This document shows, one piece after another, positions 61,861-64,000 of a stretch of 64,000 nucleotides of DNA. The DNA lies in NCBI GenBank assembly GCA_002104945.1, contig MCFH01000041.1, positions 1-64,000 on the forward strand, written 5' to 3'. The stretch is from Piromyces finnis finn (lineage: Eukaryota > Fungi > Neocallimastigomycota). Within the stretch, counting starts at the first letter, position 1. Each line of letters opens with the position of its first letter. A program made the position numbers and the translations under genes. The notes under the pieces were generated by a model. The model made no database searches and was not told where the DNA came from. It saw only the letters and a list, made by a program, of their open reading frames with translations.

Positions 61861-64000
61861 ATAAATATATAGTATATATATACTATAAAAGACTAGTGTA
61901 TTATATTAATATCAAATATTTAAAAATCTATTATTTCATTAAAAATAATACTATAAAAAAAAAATAAAATAAATGAAATAAATTTTTTATTTATTTATTT
62001 ATTAAAATTTTAATCTAAAATTTCCCTAAAATTTAAATTTTATATCCTTCACATAAAATTATTATAACTTTAATTTATTTGCTCTATTTTATTATCTCCA
62101 AAAATGTTTAAATTTTAAAATTCTTATTTTTTTGTCATATAAAAAAAAAACAACTAAATATCTAAATTATTTTCAATGTAAAATGATGTTTGAAAATTAA
62201 ATTAATTGCTATGCTATAAATTAAGTATTAAAATAAGGAATATAAAAGTGTCTTTTTATATATATGTATATATATATGTTCCATATTTATTTAAAGTTAT
62301 ATATTTTTTTATTTACTAATAATAAACCAGACAATAACAATTTAAATTAATAAGTTTATTAATTATTCTTTCATTCATTAATTTAAAGGCATATTAGAAA
62401 TTAAAATTAACAACTTTCCTTCAATGTTCTTCAATAAATAAATGTAATAATGATATTTAAAAATACCTATTATAAATACTAAAAAAAAAAATAAATATTT
62501 GATTTTATTATTTATTATACTTTTGACTCATTTAAATAAATTATTCTTTATATTCAAATTTTAAAGATATTAAAGAAAAAAATAGTATTTTAAATACAAT
62601 TATAAATATTTTATTTTATGTTATCTTTTAATAATATTTTATAAATATATACTTATTAAAGACTTTCAATATTGTACACTATTCGTTATTGTTTATTAAA
62701 TCATTATTATGATTGGTGAAGAGTAATTATTAATATGTAAGAATAAAAAGGTATTATTGGCTAAATACAGATATATTTCCTTTATTATTTCTCTATAAAA
62801 TAAAGTTAATGGAGTTTTAAAATATTATTTATTAAATAAATTAATTTTAATTTTGAATTATTTAAATAAATCTCCTTTAAAATATATATAAAAGTTTAAA
62901 TTAGTGCAACATGTTTTTTTCATTTTTATATTATTAAACTTTAAATTAAAAACAATAAAAAAAAATTAAAAGTTATAATATCATAATTAATTATAATTTA
63001 TCACTATTTAACATGCAACATTAATTATATTAAAAAATTAAAATTTAGAAAGAATGATATAATTCATGATACTTAAAAAACCAACAATTAATTTTCTTTA
63101 CATATATATCATATTTTATCATAATTTTTATAAATGGTTTTAAATTTGATAAGATTTTTATTATTAAAATTAATATCTTCATTTTTTTTGAATCATTTTT
63201 CTATGATAAATTCTAATTTAATTTTAAAATATATTTATACTTAATTATAATAAATAAATTATGATAAAATAAATCATTTCAAAAAAAAAAAGAATTTATT
63301 TTGTGTAAATCTTTTTTTTTATAATAATACTTTATTATTGTGTTACTTTATCATAGAATATGATTTACTTTGGTAACTTTTTTAAATTTTATATATGAAT
63401 ACTAAAATATTATATTTCGTATTATATTATATATGTGTTATAATATAATATATTATTATATTTATTATGTTATAAATAATACATTGATTATATTATATTA
63501 AAAATTAATATATATTATTAAATAGTATTCTTTTTAATCTATTACTCATTTATTAAATTTTTAAAACTGTCCATTCATCTTTAAACCTGCTAATATATTG
63601 AAATATATTCCTTCAATTGTTTAAATATTTACTAATAGATATATTATTAACCAAAATCAAATTCATATAATAATATTTATATTAAATAAAGTTTTCTATT
63701 TAATTTTTTATATTAATAAATTGTAGTATTATATTATTTCATTTATTAGTATATACAATATAATATAATAATTATAAACTTTTTTGTTTTTTGTAAAAAA
63801 TAATTTTTAATAAACTAATTTTCTTAATATAGATTTTTTTTCTAACTTTTTTCTTTCATTTTTCTATTACTAAATAATATATTTATTTATTTATTTATAA
63901 TAAATCTAATTTAAACATATTCTTAATAACAAAAATTAGATTAAATATGGAATTATCAAAGAATTAATTTCAAATTATAAATAAGTGATATTTAATATAA

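Overview
This is a very AT-rich, intron-containing eukaryotic window. Near-pure A/T intergenic DNA, short GT-AG introns, fungal-type housekeeping genes, flagellar genes and an Asn/Ser-padded LINE fit an anaerobic gut fungus (Neocallimastigomycota); the taxon is an inference. Left to right it holds: the 3' part of a three-finger CCCH protein, HIS6, eIF3b/PRT1, ILV1, ERD2, a GC-rich 140-nt probable H/ACA-type ncRNA, inositol monophosphatase, a FAF1-like protein, TFIIIC subunit TFC4, and a poly-Asn C2H2 transcription factor. Next come a 13-kb gene-free interval with a decayed 5'-truncated LINE, a 974-aa low-complexity orphan, and a head-to-head pair of axonemal genes (DRC10/IQCD and a ~4,730-aa DNAH1-type dynein heavy chain). 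The strongest signal is that dynein: its frame is fully open and all domains are kept, yet every catalytic element of the motor site AAA1 is substituted, which suggests a conserved pseudo-motor. Family assignments come from motifs recalled from known proteins, not from database searches.
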